Of a stretch of DNA of 64,000 nt, positions 11,960-25,726 are shown in pieces; the first letter of the stretch is position 1, and each line of letters opens with the position of its first letter. The stretch comes from Octopus bimaculoides (lineage: Eukaryota). The position numbers and the translations under genes are program-made. Where the stretch lies: the NCBI RefSeq assembly GCF_001194135.2, contig NC_068995.1:24174717-24238716 (forward strand), written 5' to 3'. The notes below the pieces were generated by a model, which was not told the origin of the DNA, did not search any database, and saw only the letters and a list, made by a program, of their open reading frames with translations.

Positions 11960-12240
11960 AATTTCGCTTTACCAAACTGGTCGGCGGAAGGAAACAAGGA
12001 AAAGGCACTTGACCTAGGTACTTCTTAACATTATGAAACTCGGAACACCAGGGTTTCAAGGTGAAATTCTTAACCACACAATCATGTCTACGCCTGAAAC
12101 CAAATATTATTTTGATTAGTAATCGGTAACAGCGACTAAAGTTTTGTTGAGAAAGTATTGCAGTGATCCACTGGTTGGACCATCTACACTTACTGATGAA
12201 ATCAGTATTATTGGTTTGTTTTTGACGAACATAAACTATA
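11960..12240 (+). mobile_element. Highly decayed CR1-type RT fragment
   Basis: KLGTPGFQGEIL resembles KL...GI.GK.L. Downstream similarity to the QGSVLGP and ADD.KLY regions is weak. Confidence 0.35.
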
Positions 12241-13000
12241 TGTTACAGAAGTGGAGACAGTGAGGGAATATATATCTGATGTTGCCAACAGCAACAGTGG
12301 TAGAAAGTAGTTTAACTTGAAATCGAAACCTCGTGGCGTTGTAGATTTCTGGAAAATTATCTTTACTGCAAATCATTCATTACTAATTAAATTAATAGAT
12401 TGATTACAGGGAAAGACTCTAGCAGAAGACAAGAGAGCGAACTAGAATTTTGAATGAAATTCATTTCGAAATAAAAGTTTTAAAAAATTCCCAGTAAAAA
12501 ATAACTCAAGCCAACTACTAAATTGAAATAATTACATTAAATAAATATATAAAGCAAAATTATCAATGAAATTGTTGAAGAATCACGTGTGAGTGAATAA
12601 GAAAGGATTCTTATTTTTATTTCTCTCTATTCAATAATTCTAGCAGACGAATGGTAATTAAACAGTTCTGCAAGAGATGAAGGAAAGGAAACTAGAAAGT
12701 GAAGAAAAAAGAATATATAAAGAGATAAAAAAATGTGGTCGAAACATGGGAGTCAAGGCAAAATAATAAAGAAACGAAGTAACAGAAAATTAAGATGATA
12801 GGAAGGTAAAAGGTGGGGAAGATGGTGTAAGATCAACTGAGTTAATCGATAAGGAAACACAATTTTTACTTTTCCACTTTACTATTTCCCTCCTCCCTCT
12901 CTCTTTCTGTCTCTCCCTTTCTATCTACATATTATTTCACAGTATTATATCTCCACTCTCGTTTTCTCTATCTATTTCTTTCACTTTATCCTGTCCTTAT

Positions 13001-13031
<31 letters not shown>

Positions 13032-13085
13032 TTCTTTTTTCTCCTTCCCTCTCTTTCTTTCTCCTTCTCTTTCTTTCTTTCTCTC

Positions 13086-13117
<32 letters not shown>

Positions 13118-13665
13118 ACTCTTTCGTTCATTCAATCGCTCTTTCTACTATGTCGCAACTTTCTATATATCAAACTCTTTTCTCTCTGTCCCCCTCTCTC
13201 GTTCTATATATTTATTTATTTATTTAATTATTTCATTGTTTCATAACCGAGATCACTAGTTTCAAGTCTTCTTATACTATCATCAGAAAAAGAACAATCA
13301 TCTGTCCAGAGAGAACTTAGTATGTCATACGTATTTATAGTTTTAACAAATTAGGTTGCGCCAGAACAAGTTCGGTCCAATTTACATAGAAGTACAAACG
13401 TGATTAATTATTCAATTTATAGAGCACTAAACATTTAGTTGACCTCAATCTTGGTTTGAATGTACTGTAAATAACTATAAGCTACAACACAATCTGTGGC
13501 AAAAGAGGAATATTCTTTCTTTGGTGAATATCTAACAACACTAATAACTACATAGATCTCACTTTGTCTGCCCCAAAGCTGATTAAATTAATGGTAAAAT
13601 TTGTCTGTTTCTCACTGCCAGGCCCAAATTACATTTTTATTAAATTAAGAAATGTATAGTTCACT

Positions 13666-13985
13666 ATATATGGTATATATATGGTGGTTGTCTACTCCTT
13701 AAACAGAGTTTGACCACCTCCTGCACCTACACCTTAGCCCTTTCATGGCGTCTGATGTGGCTTTTTAAACCAGACAGTGTTTTGAAAAAACACCCACACA
13801 GATTGCACCTCTGATTTGCACTACCAATACCTGCAAGTAAGTTCTGCTCATTGTGGATCCTAACATGTCTTTTAAGACCCCCATTGGATTTGCAAACCCT
13901 CTGGCACACACCACATTCAAACGTGTGCACAGACATACAATCAGAATAGCTGGGTGAGGTTTGTTTTCCATGGGTTCGCAGGTGA
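13666..13985 (-). mobile_element. 3' end of a LINE (probably RTE clade) encoding tandem C2H2 zinc fingers
   Basis: Frame is open from the gap edge to the stop at 13727: HLRTH-GKQTSPSYSDCMSVHTFE-CGVC(X12)HVRIH-NEQNLLAGIGSANQR-CNLC(X12)HIRRH-ERAKV*. There are no TGEKP linkers. A short 3' UTR ends in an (ATATATACC)-like tandem tail. Confidence 0.6.
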
Positions 13986-14170
13986 NNNNNNNNNNNNNNN
14001 NNNNNNNNNNNNNNNNNNNNNNNNNNNNNNNNNNNNNNNNNNNNNNNNNNNNNNNNNNNNNNNNNNNNNNNNNNNNNNNNNNNNNNNNNNNNNNNNNNNN
14101 NNNNNNNNNNNNNNNNNNNNNNNNNNNNNNNNNNNNNNNNNNNNNNNNNNNNNNNNNNNNNNNNNNNNAC

Positions 14171-14226
<56 letters not shown>

Positions 14227-14346
14227 TATATGTATGTGTATATGTATGCATGTATATAATGTGTGTGTGTGTGTATGTGTGTGTGTGTGTGTGTGCGTGA
14301 GCGTGCGTGTATGTGTGTGCGCGTGTGTGTGTAAATAAACAGTATA

Positions 14347-15530
14347 CCAGGTTGAGTCAGAAATATTTTCGGATTTTCAGTGATGATTTCTTAGCAACTT
14401 GTATCTCCATGTTATATCATCAATTTGATACAAATTGTCCTATCTATGCTAAATTGTTTATTCTCTATATTTATCTATAACATATAAACATTAATTGTTT
14501 ATTCTTATTTACAGTTTTGATAAAGAGTAGAGAAAATTGCAAATAGAGCCATTTTCACCACCTGTGGAGAAAAAAAGACCGATTGCAAGGGCAGCAGCAA
14601 AAGAAATTAACATTGTAGTCTCGGAAACTGTCAACGAACGTGTGACACAAAACCAGTTCAGACGTTTCAAGGAAGACGACACCAGCCTCGAACACAAACC
14701 AAGGCCCGAGCGACTTTCTGCTGTGGAAAATGAGGCATGCTTGAAATGGTTGAACAACTGCCAAGCACAAGCACTAGCATATTCTCAGCAGATCTTGGTC
14801 ATTCTCAAAGCACTATCAATCGGTACCTCCATAAGCTTGGCCTTGTCAACAGCGTCTGTTGACAAGGCTCAACGACGTATGAACATTTGCTAACAACTGC
14901 TGGCAAATCCTCGAGATGCCTGTTTTTGGCGTCGAATTGTAAGTGGATCTATTTTTATAATCTTAGCCAGGTTTCAGAACGTTTTCAAACAGAAGGCCAT
15001 GATGCACGTTTGGTGGAATTTCGAGGGTGTGTGCACTTTGAACTTGTGTCAGGTGGTCATGCTGATAACGCTAATATTTGGGCTCAACAACTGCAGTGAG
15101 CATATGATGTTTTGAAAGCCAGATACTCGACATTGGTCAAAGATCCACACTCCTACACCATAGCAATGCTGCAGCGCATCCTACGAATGTGACCAAGAGC
15201 AAACTTGAGGAACTTGATGGGCTGAAAGTGTTGCCTCACCCTCTATGCCTACAGACCATAGCTTGCACCACCAGATTACCACCTTTCTGAGCCATGTCCT
15301 ACATGGACAGAGGTTCAGCATTGTGGATAAGGTTGAAAACGGAAACAGGGAGGTTTTGCCTCTAAACTAGCCAGATGCTATAAGCGTGGAATTGAACTTC
15401 TGGCACAGCGTTAGCAATAGACGAGAATATTATAGAATATGACGAGATATATTTGATGAATGTTTTTTTTTATGTAGTTTGTTTGACCTATTAAAACTTG
15501 AAATACGAAAACACCTTTGACTCAAGCTGG
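14347..15530 (+). mobile_element. Mariner transposon, near full length, decayed
   Basis: Imperfect TIRs CCAGGTTGAGTCAG.. and ..TTTGACTCAAGCTGG, with TA on the left. Translations FRRFKEDDTSLEHKPRPERLS, KWIYFYN, GCVHFELV, EELDGLKVLPHP and APPDYHL match mariner transposase, with frameshifts and deletions. Confidence 0.9.
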
Positions 15531-17169
15531 TTGTTATAGTTGATGGTCCTTCAAAGAGAAACGTCGAAAATAATCTGTTTAAAAGATTTCACGTTTTTTA
15601 ACGGAGTGAATTATATTACAGAATATATGCAACCGTTAAAAGCTGAATCGCATACATGTACACCAGTTTAGAAAATACTGAAGTTTAGTAATTATCTCCA
15701 TATATTTACTTACATACATATGTGTGTTTATGAGCGAGCGCGTATGTATTCATTTAAACACACTCACCTCTCTTAGGTATTCCCCATTGATAACGGCTAA
15801 AGAGCTAAGAACGCGTCTGGGAATCCGATAGGGGGCAGTACTAGGCGGATATGGTTTTTAACACCTTTTTACCATAAGAAAACATTTTTTATCCACGGTA
15901 AATTAGCCTTTAAAGGTTGAAATATGTCACAAACATATTTTAACTAATCTAATCTTCACTTATGCCTAAACACTGCATTTGTCTTTGCTTGAATGAGATC
16001 GCAAAGAAAGACAACTTTTTGAGCTGTGTCTGCCACAAATTTCACACAATAAGTGTTACTTCATAACTCTGTGCTGGTGAAACAGAATATCCCACAGCCC
16101 TGAAACAAACTATAGAAGTTGTAAATCTCGCTCTTCAAAATCAGATACATTGGGGATTTGAAATTTCACTTCAAATTAATCAACAACTCTACATAGCAAT
16201 AAGACACGCGATCGGGTTACATCAATTATAGTAAAAACCTTTCATGTCAAAGAAATCTGTAAAGAAAACTGGGTGACAAAAGCTTGACTTGATGAGAATA
16301 TAGCAGAACTTCTCGAAGAAAATACCACTTACTCTGCCAACTGAAGAGGAATAATATTCGTGAAAATTAGCAAAAGCATAAGTAACGTAGTTTCAATCTA
16401 GAAAATAACTCGGCAAAATATGATAATGACACAATGGAAGATATTGTGCGACGTTGTAAAATATCCCGGCATATCATCCTGCTTTGCTGCTCTGGAGGAA
16501 CAAACCACTCCCATATAAATATAATTGAACATAGAGCAACTATATACATAACAAAATACAAAGTGAATCGATTTTTTTAGGATTTTGCCCCAAAATTTCG
16601 AGTATTCGTTTATTTGGTATCCTATTATATCAAAAGTATATAGTTTTGAGTCATAATCACACAAGTACATAGTATTTATGCAGTTTCACGATTATAATGT
16701 GTCTGTGTAATCGTGAATCTAGTCTCAGCAATGTGCCAGTTTAGAGAATGAAATCTTCCAAAATGTACAAATTAATGTTTTAGTATAATTCCGTTTTGTA
16801 TCAGTCAGACATGCAAACGTGCTACTTAGAATCAGCAAAAGAGAAACTTAGAGATGTGATTTACATAAACTTGGTCTTGAATAATAATTATTCTACCCTG
16901 TATCACAGTACCGAGTACTTTCTTTCTTAGTCGCATTTCAAATCATTGTGACGCTTTTCATCTGTTAAGTATATATGTATGTGTACATTGTATGCATAAA
17001 TATGTGAGTGGGTGCGTGTGTATGTGTGATTGTGTTTACACGTGTGTATGTGTATTTGCTTTATGTTAAATCATAAAAACAATTTTACATTAAACTGAAG
17101 GATTACTCAATATTATACTAGACTATAAGTTTATTATTCTTCAAGAAGATTAGTATTGACAGTGACTTC

Positions 17170-17330
17170 GAAATTTTGGGTAGCTAAGCCATCATCGGAT
17201 TGTGGTACATTTGAGATCATCTTCGCTGTAAATACAGTCTCCGTTAAGTTTAAAGTTTTCCAGGGTAAGCGGAGTTCTGTTAAGTAAAAATTAGGTTGTA
17301 AGGTACGTTGTGATGGAGGTGCGTTATGAA
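17170..17330 (-). mobile_element. Decayed Penelope-like RT fragment
   Basis: LTLENFKLNGDCIY resembles the PLE RT motif LTLNNF.FNG..Y. The support is short. Confidence 0.35.
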
Positions 17331-17891
17331 AATTTTCAATTGATTAAATTTGGGATTGTATTATAATTCAGAATTTATTCATGCATGTAACCAAGTGTGT
17401 TTATTTAGGTGTGTTAGCTTCAGACCATGAGATTGTCTCAGAGGTCCACAAAGGAATGCAGGTAGGTGAAGGAGTTTGTTGGTCAGTAGATGTATCACTA
17501 GGTTTAATTGTTGTTGGTTTTAGTTGGATACAAACGGGAGATTTAGTCTTTCGTGTTGAGAATGTAAGGGTTAAAGTTCAGAGTTAAGCCCAGCATTTAA
17601 ATTTCTGTAGTTATGTATGTATATTAGGTGTGTCAGTTATTATAAAACATAATTGTAACAAATAAGATAAATAAGTGAATATCTTTTCGCCATNNNNNNN
17701 NNNNNNNNNNNNNNNNNNNNNNNNNNNNNNNNNNNNNNNNNNNNNNNNNNNNNNNNNNNNNNNNNNNNNNNNNNNNNNNNNNNNNNNNNNNNNNNNNNNN
17801 NNNNNNNNNNNNNNNNNNNNNNNNNNNNNNNNNNNNNNNNNNNNNNNNNNNNNNNNNNNNNNNNNNNNNNNNNNNNNNNNNNNNNNNNNNN

Positions 17892-17942
<51 letters not shown>

Positions 17943-18646
17943 TATGTACACAGGTAGACAGACGTAACTGTATACGTAGGAATATTTTGTCAGTTGCTTG
18001 TAACAAAATCCAAAAGATTTCTAAAACAAACTTCAATAAGAAATTGAGAAAGCCAGCAAAACGCGCCTGTTTATCTAGTTTTCTAGCCTTATGATTTTCA
18101 TGAAGCAGTTCTCAAAAGGCTCACCTGATTGTTATGCATATTGCGCATATTGCGTGTTTAGCATTCACAGACACACATGCGCTTATACATACATCTATAC
18201 ATACAAACATTCATCCATATATAAACATGCGAAAATATTTGCCATACAAATTGAACCATAACTCAGTCACACATACCTCACGTTCAAACATTCCTTCACA
18301 TGAACACATACTTACACTGGTTCAGTCATAGTCTTATAAATACTGCGTCGTTTGCTTCCTACGTTACGTTCTTGGAATTACAAACCGGAAAGCAAAACGA
18401 AAAAACATAAAGTAATATTGAAAATTACAGACAAAAAACTATAAAATTTGTCTGCTGAATCGTGTTGCAAATAAAGTAGAGAAATATTGAACTAAAAATA
18501 CAACAGGAAATACAAACAAAATGAAACATTGATGTTCACGCAATTCTTTAACCTCAACTTTTAACAATAAATTTAGTTCGGAAACGGCAAATTATAGAAA
18601 TGGATTTTAAAAATACAGTAACAATTTGTATATATAAAACAGAACG

Positions 18647-18684
<38 letters not shown>

Positions 18685-18951
18685 ATACATATACATAGGT
18701 GTTTGTATATTTATATAATTTTATACATATGTGCATATACACACTCACATACATCTTCAAATACATAAAAATGCATATAAATACTGTATGCATACGTGTA
18801 TGCAATGCATGATTACATGTATACACAAACATTAATATGCATATTTGCACTTCAACATATACACACATATACATGCATATATATATATATATATATTATG
18901 TATATATATAAGTATATATATATATATATATATATATATATNNNNNNNNNN

Positions 18952-18996
<45 letters not shown>

Positions 18997-19198
18997 TTAC
19001 TGTACATTTTCATATACATGTGTGTATATATGTTTATATGTATATATATCTATGAATACATATATACACACGTGCCTGTGTGTATGTGTTTATTTTGTTT
19101 TGTATACACACACACACACAAAGATATGTGCACACACTTGGCTTAGAAGCGTTTATACATACATATATACACCATGCGTTTCGTTTTCTCCTTCATTT

Positions 19199-19232
<34 letters not shown>

Positions 19233-20004
19233 AAATATAGCAAAGCTAACATAAAATATATTGTCAATAGACACAAGTTAACATAACCTTGAGCGTAGCG
19301 TATTTTATCATCTTATTTTTTTCGTTTTGTTTACATTTTTTCAATGTAAGCACCATACTGGCAAACATCTTACACTAACTTAATGTCAAATTTATTTCGT
19401 TTTCATCGATTGCTAACACATTTTATGGTCGTATTTATGGCAAAAGCCATTTGAAAATTTTGCCTTGATTTGTTCACTATAGTCATTTCAACGACATACT
19501 CTGACCTGTGTCCAAGAAAGAAGAGTCTTTAAAAATGAAAAGAAATACTTAGAGGAATATTGCTGTCATAGAAATTGGTTTTGCTTTTTTTTCTTTGCTT
19601 ATTTTGCTTTTCTTTTTCATATTTTTATTATTTTTATCTCGTCATTAATTTTTATTTTGTTTTTGTTTTTGTGTTCTGTATTGTATCGTGTAATTTATAT
19701 CATAGAAAATATTTAAGATATATACCTCTGTAATAATATTTTGATAAACATCTGTAGTAAACCATAGTTTTATGTAAAACAGTCAATAGACACCAATATT
19801 TTATAGTTGTTTGCAAGTAGCTACCAATATTTCAATCTCTCACGTTTTTCTGTCAGATTCTAATAGTGGCCAATATTTCAAAACAAAAAATAGAATGTGT
19901 TGCAGAGTAAGAAGTAAACTACCCGATATGACGACTTTATAATTCGGTTTCGATTCTAGGTTGAAACCATTTAATTTAGCAGTTAATATGCTAAAAAAAG
20001 GCAA

Positions 20005-20212
20005 GGCGGAAAGCTGGCAGAATCGTTAGAGTGCCGGGCAAAATGCTTGGCGGCATTTCATCCTTCTATACGTTCTAAGTTCAAATGCCGCCGAGGTTGA
20101 CTTTACTTTTCAGGGTCGATAAAATAAGTAGCAGTTGAATACTTGGGTCAAAGAAATCGATTTATCTCATCCGTCCGAAACTGCTGGTCTTGTGCCAAAA
20201 TTTGAAATCAAT
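20005..20212 (+). mobile_element. tRNA-derived SINE (family A)
   Basis: GGCGGAAAGCTGGCAGAATCGTTAG...AAGTTCAAATGCCGCCGAGGTTGACTTT...GGGTCGATAAAATAAGTA...TTGTGCCAAAATTTGAAA. Confidence 0.85.
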
Positions 20213-21844
20213 ATCTCAGAGACAGGTATTACTTTCAAAATAATGTATTTATCTCGAAAGGACGGCAGTAACAACGATTATTTCTTATGCTTTTTAACTA
20301 CGCCTCTCATATTCATTATCACTTAAATTCATTTCAGTTCTGTATAGACACAAAGCTACATATGCCTTCTACATAGTCTGTACCTAAATGCAAAATTGAC
20401 TCGCAAGTTGTTCTAGATAATCAACATGCTCTCCAATATTATAGAAATGTAAAAAATATATGAAACTCAAATATACCTCCCGCCTGACTTTTTTGCCGAA
20501 CGCTTTCGAATGTTTAAAAAGCCAAAGAGAAATATATTAAGTTAACAGGGAACTTCATCATGATCCACGTGAAAGCCACAACACATCAATTTCTTCTATC
20601 CGTTTAATGTATAAAATCAAAAGACACTAGAATTAAAATATCAGTCATAATTTCATTCTCCAGAAAAACCTGAATCGCTAAAAATAAATCTCAGCTGGAT
20701 CCCAAAATGTATTACCTGCAATCAAATGCAATCTTAGATCTTAGTATGTATATTTTCTACATATCCAAAAATAATTTAGATCTCAACATACACACACACG
20801 TATATATATATATGTGTGTGTGGTCAGACCATATGGGGTCTACCTCTTGCATATTAGGAGTCCACCTAGTAGTCATTCCTCTTACATGTATGTAATATAG
20901 TTTTTCTGAATCTTCGGACTTTTTTAAATATGCTAGGCCACTGGTTTAAATTGATGTTAATTTAATAAATATTAATTTTTACCCTCATTAGATATATATA
21001 TATATATATATATATTACTATCTGTTGGAGTTTCAGCACTTTAGCTGCTATTTNNNNNNNNNNTATATAGGAAAGAAAGTTATTTAATTCCACATGGGTA
21101 GAAATATAGAAAAAAGTTGAAACTGCACTACAAGTATTTTAGATGGTTTATTTTTAATGGCTTAACCGATGTCACTGATCTTTTTGATATGCAAAAGTTA
21201 AGTGAGATAGATAGACGTGGGCTATGCCACAACTGTTTTGCTTCTGAATGGAGTTCGAAAATTCTCTTGCTCTTATGGAGAAAACATGGCTCATATGACT
21301 ATATGTTTAGGATACAATTTGGTTAGCAGAGGGTGATCATATGATTAGGCTTAGAAATTTCTGTAAATTCCTCGCTGCATCAGTGACAATATGTCATGTG
21401 ACAATATGTTTTGCATTGATTTTTAGGTTGACACGGTTGAGTGAACGTGTCTAGTGACAGTCCCAATCAAGGCTCTCTTAATTTGAGCTGTAGAGTGAAG
21501 CGGAATTGTTGTATGTAGTCATTAAATTTTGTTAGACTTCTTTTATTGTCCGTAAAATACTGTCTGTGTGGCTTGTTGATGTTATTTCAGTTGAAGTTTG
21601 TATTTTGTGTAAATATATTTTATATATTTATTGGTGTTTGAATTGCGGAAATGTTTGAATAAAGGTATTGTGATATAGCATGAATAAAGATTATGTTATC
21701 GACTCCAGAAGTATGAAAGACAAAGTTAACCTCGGCGGAATTTGGACTGAGAATGCAAAGAGCTGAAGGAAATACTCAGAGACGTTTTTTGTACAACACT
21801 TTTGTGATCACTAATCGTCCACCCTTTACAGTAATATTGATTTC

Positions 21845-22050
21845 ATGGTTTGACACAAAACCAGCAAGTTCGGAGGAAGGAGTAAGTCGATTATATCGAC
21901 CCCAGTGTTCAACTCTTACTTATTTTATCGACTTCGAAAGGATGAAAGACAAAGTCGATCCCAGCGGCATTTGAAACCAGAACGTAAAGATATACGAAAT
22001 GAAGCTAAGCATGTTACCCACCATGCGAACGGTTCTGCCAGCTCACCGAC
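21845..22050 (-). mobile_element. tRNA-derived SINE (family A)
   Basis: Reverse complement of the family A head (GGTGAGCTGGCAGAA) and body (GACTTTGTCTTTCATCCTTTCG..GTCGATAAAATAAGTA). Confidence 0.8.
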
Positions 22051-22090
22051 TTTACAGCAATATTAATGATATTTAAGGCAGTAACAGGGT

Positions 22091-22270
22091 AAGTTTATTG
22101 GACATCATATGAGAAGACAAAGCCTTTGACACATGGTGACAACTAGCAAAGCGAAGGGAAGAAGAATCCGGGAAAGTACACACATATGGAGAAGATGCCT
22201 GATGGCTTTAGCAGTTGACTTAAGAAAAACCTAATCACATGCGAGTTGTGTGTGGAAACGAATTGCGTAG
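22091..22270 (+). mobile_element. Decayed RTE LINE ORF2 C-terminus
   Basis: KFIGHHMRRQSL*HMVTTSKAKGRRIR..EKMPDG resembles the RTE pattern FFGHIMR..LE.LVTTGK.EGKR.RGRQREK.LDG. Confidence 0.55.
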
Positions 22271-22885
22271 AGATCCATCAACACCAATGCTTTTTGTAAT
22301 GACATATAAAGAAGAGAATATCATAGTTATCAAGAAGCTACTGTGGTGTAATCAGTTAAAGGATTATACTAAATATCCTATCATAGAGAATTATATCAAT
22401 TTACGTTCGAATCCAACGAAGACGAATGTGTCCTTCATGTCTCAAACATTGATAAAATAAGTATCAGTCAAGTATGGAGGTCGATTAAATTGACTACAGA
22501 CCTCCCCTACAATAAGCGGTCTTATGGTAAACTTAGAATTCATTATTTATTCCATCATCATCAGCGCTATAAATATCACCATATTTATCTTCGCCAACAT
22601 CATTTACAGAAGCAATCAGCAATCATCATTATGTTAGTATATTTAACATATTAGGTTTGATATTTCACCTCATTATTTGCTTGAACCTTAACCTTAAGAG
22701 TGGATTAGTGTTTGCAATCTTCTCTTCATTAGAACCAGCTTTCGCATAGGCAGGAGGTGTTTCGCCTTCGGCGAGCATAACTGGTCAACATTGATTAGAT
22801 GCTGGAAAGAATTGCCCCAGGCAATACATAGATGTTCCTTAAACATAGATGTTCCATGAACTTTGCACATAAAATTCAAATATAT

Positions 22886-22960
<75 letters not shown>

Positions 22961-23836
22961 TGTGTGTGTATACACAGTTGCATACAAAGTAGAGAAAAAG
23001 CTGCGTAGATATATACATGTAGGTCATAGTATAACCATATACACATACATTCACATACGCACATACTCAAAAATATATGTGCGTATATATGTGTATACAC
23101 TCACACACACACACATATACGTTTATAAATAAATGGATATATGACATATATATATATATATATTTCTCCTTCCTCCTCCCCCTCTCTCTACATATATAAG
23201 TGTGTGCCTGTGTTCGTGTGTGTCTATGTGTGTGTGTGTGTACATAGAGAGAGAGAAAATACACACGCGAATGTATGTATTCAAATCTATATATATTTAA
23301 TTAACATAAAGATCAATATTTATGTACTTACACACACATACACACACACAGAAATAAAAACACACTTCTATACCTGAAATTAAACACACATATATTTGTA
23401 TTTGGTGGGGCATATTTGTCCGTGCGTATTTGTATGGTTTCTGTGTTATTTACGCACACGTGCAAATGCAACGGAATTATCCATATGATATGTCTACGTG
23501 TAAATTATTTATACAATTGTTTCTATGTGTTGTGTGTGTGAGGAGAGAGACAGAGAGAAATGCAGGCATCGCTAAGCGTTTAAGAATTTTTTTGCGCAGC
23601 AACGTAGTTTCAAGTTCGATCACGCAGCGTGGCACTTCTTTATTCCATTTCTCGTTCGACTCTGTGGTTATTCTGAGGCCATTACTGGCCTCAGGATAAC
23701 TACGGCCTCGTTAGTGGAATTTTGTAGATAGAAACTGCTTTCAAATCTTGAATGAATTGTGGGCGATGAATGAATTCTAGATCCAACAAGGTGGTGTCTT
23801 CAGACCACCTCGTTCGATCTAGAATTGATTCATCGC

Positions 23837-24086
23837 GGCGAGCTGGTAGATTCAAGGCGGTGAGCTGGCAGAAACGTTAGCACGCCGGGGAAAATGCTTG
23901 GCGGTATTTCGCCTGTCTTTACGTTCTGAGTTCAAATTCCGCCGAGGTTGACATTGCCTTTCATCCTTTCGGGGTCAAATAAATAAGTACCAGTTACGCA
24001 CTGAGATCGATTTAATCGACTTAATCCATTTGTCTGTCCTTGTTTGTCCCCTCTGTGTGTAGCCCCTTGTGGGCAGTAAAGAAATA
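23837..24086 (+). mobile_element. tRNA-derived SINE (family A) with 16-bp TSD
   Basis: AGAATTGATTCATCGC occurs at 23821-23836 and 24087-24102. Full head GGCGGTGAGCTGGCAGAAACGTTAGCACGCC and B box GAGTTCAAATTCC. Confidence 0.92.
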
Positions 24087-24849
24087 AGAATTGATTCATC
24101 GCTCTCATAAAGAGTGAAGAACAATCTTACAATGTATGACTTCTATTGCCTCTTCTTCAGTAATCGGAAAACCTTTACTTGATACTCGACAAAGCTGAGC
24201 GACGTCATCTCACAGTTTAAGAAGTAATTTTTTTACATATCCCATAATGTGTTTTTCTTTGTGGTAGCCATAATAAATCTCCCAGGTTTTCATGGCATCA
24301 CTGATGTTTCTAGTGTAGTTAAATTTCTCCAGTTGCTTTTACGTTGTGCTTTTGAAGCACACAACATTAAAATTTACTGCTTAGACACCTACCAACCTCT
24401 GCTGAATTCAGAGCTAATGCTTTGATACAACTGTCAGCTGTTATGTTATCTGAGGAATATTATTTATGCTCCAGATTGGAAACAGTTTTTCGTAAGTTAT
24501 ACCTTAATAATCTACACAATATACAATAGTACTAAAATATTATTAAAATACATATATAATTCTTCTTACAAAATTCAAAGCAAATAACTGGCGCTTTAAA
24601 ATTATAATCAAAGAGAGAGTGGGGGAGAGAAAAAGAGGGAGGAGAAAAAGAGAGGAGAGAGAGAGCGATGCTACCAGGTGTGTGTAATCGGAAGCTTCCA
24701 GCCGAAAGAGAGAGAGAAAGGGATATGACGGAATAAAGTCCATAGGCCGGTGGTAGTTTAGAGAAGTAACTTTAGTCACGGACACAACTGAATGCTTTAT
24801 TTTATTCATGCACATCAAAATTTTTCTCGATTAAGTTATTAAGGGTACG

Positions 24850-25230
24850 AGACATCTAGTAAAGGATATATAGGAGCATATTCCCATTAGATACAGCTGT
24901 ACCTGTGGTTTGGAAAGTATTAAAAATAGTGGAGATAGTGACTGTTAACAACCGATTGTACCTTTTGAGAAACTGCTGTCAGAATTATAGATCGATGGCT
25001 GTTTGGGTATGTTGAATATGAACACTATTTAGGATGTTTTCAAAGATTTTATTCATGTAGAGATAGAAAGATTGAAGAGCTTGGGAAGGGCAATAGCTAG
25101 CTCTTTATGTAACAATGCCGTGTGGTCATTTAAATCTCTCAATTATCTGGTTTTAATATCCTGTCTGTTTCTATTCCTTTCTTTTCTTAGTTTCACAACC
25201 ACAATAATAGTTTCGACTAATTTTAATAAC
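24850..25230 (-). mobile_element. Decayed CR1-type RT fragment
   Basis: ELAIALPKLFNLSIST and PNSHRSIILTAVSQKVQSVVN resemble LA.PL.KLFNLS and PSNYRPISLTS..SKVME..N. Confidence 0.55.
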
Positions 25231-25491
25231 ACTAACTAACCTCCAACAGATTTCACACTCGCGTGTTCCAAATCTCCTTATACTTCTAACTGGGACTTTC
25301 AGTAGCCTAATGATTAATTCTAGACATGGAGGTAAGGAAAATAACATCGAACTTTAAATTAATTAAATGTATTAAAAGATTTTGGATAGCTGCATTGTGT
25401 CTCTAGATATTTCCCTCATTCATTACAAAAGATAAATGTTTCTTTTTTAACATCAGAAAATGTTTTCAAACCGTATTTCATACATCTAGAA

Positions 25492-25726
25492 CAGTGGTTC
25501 CCAATGAGTCTTTGCCTATGGACCGACCCCTTTGATTCCTATTCTAATCTATTGGTCCCCCATAGTCATTCAATGTACGTAAAAAAAATCCTACAGCATT
25601 TTTATAACTAAATATTATATATTTTGTGTATTATAGATGTATAAGCAATTTATTGCTGATAAATTTTAACAATAAAATCTTATATGGATCCCCAAGGGCC
25701 ATATGAACCCCGGTTGAAAACCACTG
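25492..25726. mobile_element. hAT (Charlie/Buster-like) MITE
   Basis: TIRs CAGTGGTTCCCAA and TTGAAAACCACTG. Perfect 8-bp TSD ATCTAGAA at 25484-25491 and 25727-25734, matching the NTCTAGAN preference of Charlie/Buster hATs. Confidence 0.93.

Noticed and set aside
13727-13936. Host C2H2 zinc-finger gene
   Set aside because: No TGEKP linkers, and a LINE-like short UTR and tandem tail. Not fully excluded because of the gap.
16367-16670. Possible hAT transposase remnant
   Set aside because: Only vague similarity around ...FHC, not enough to support a call.
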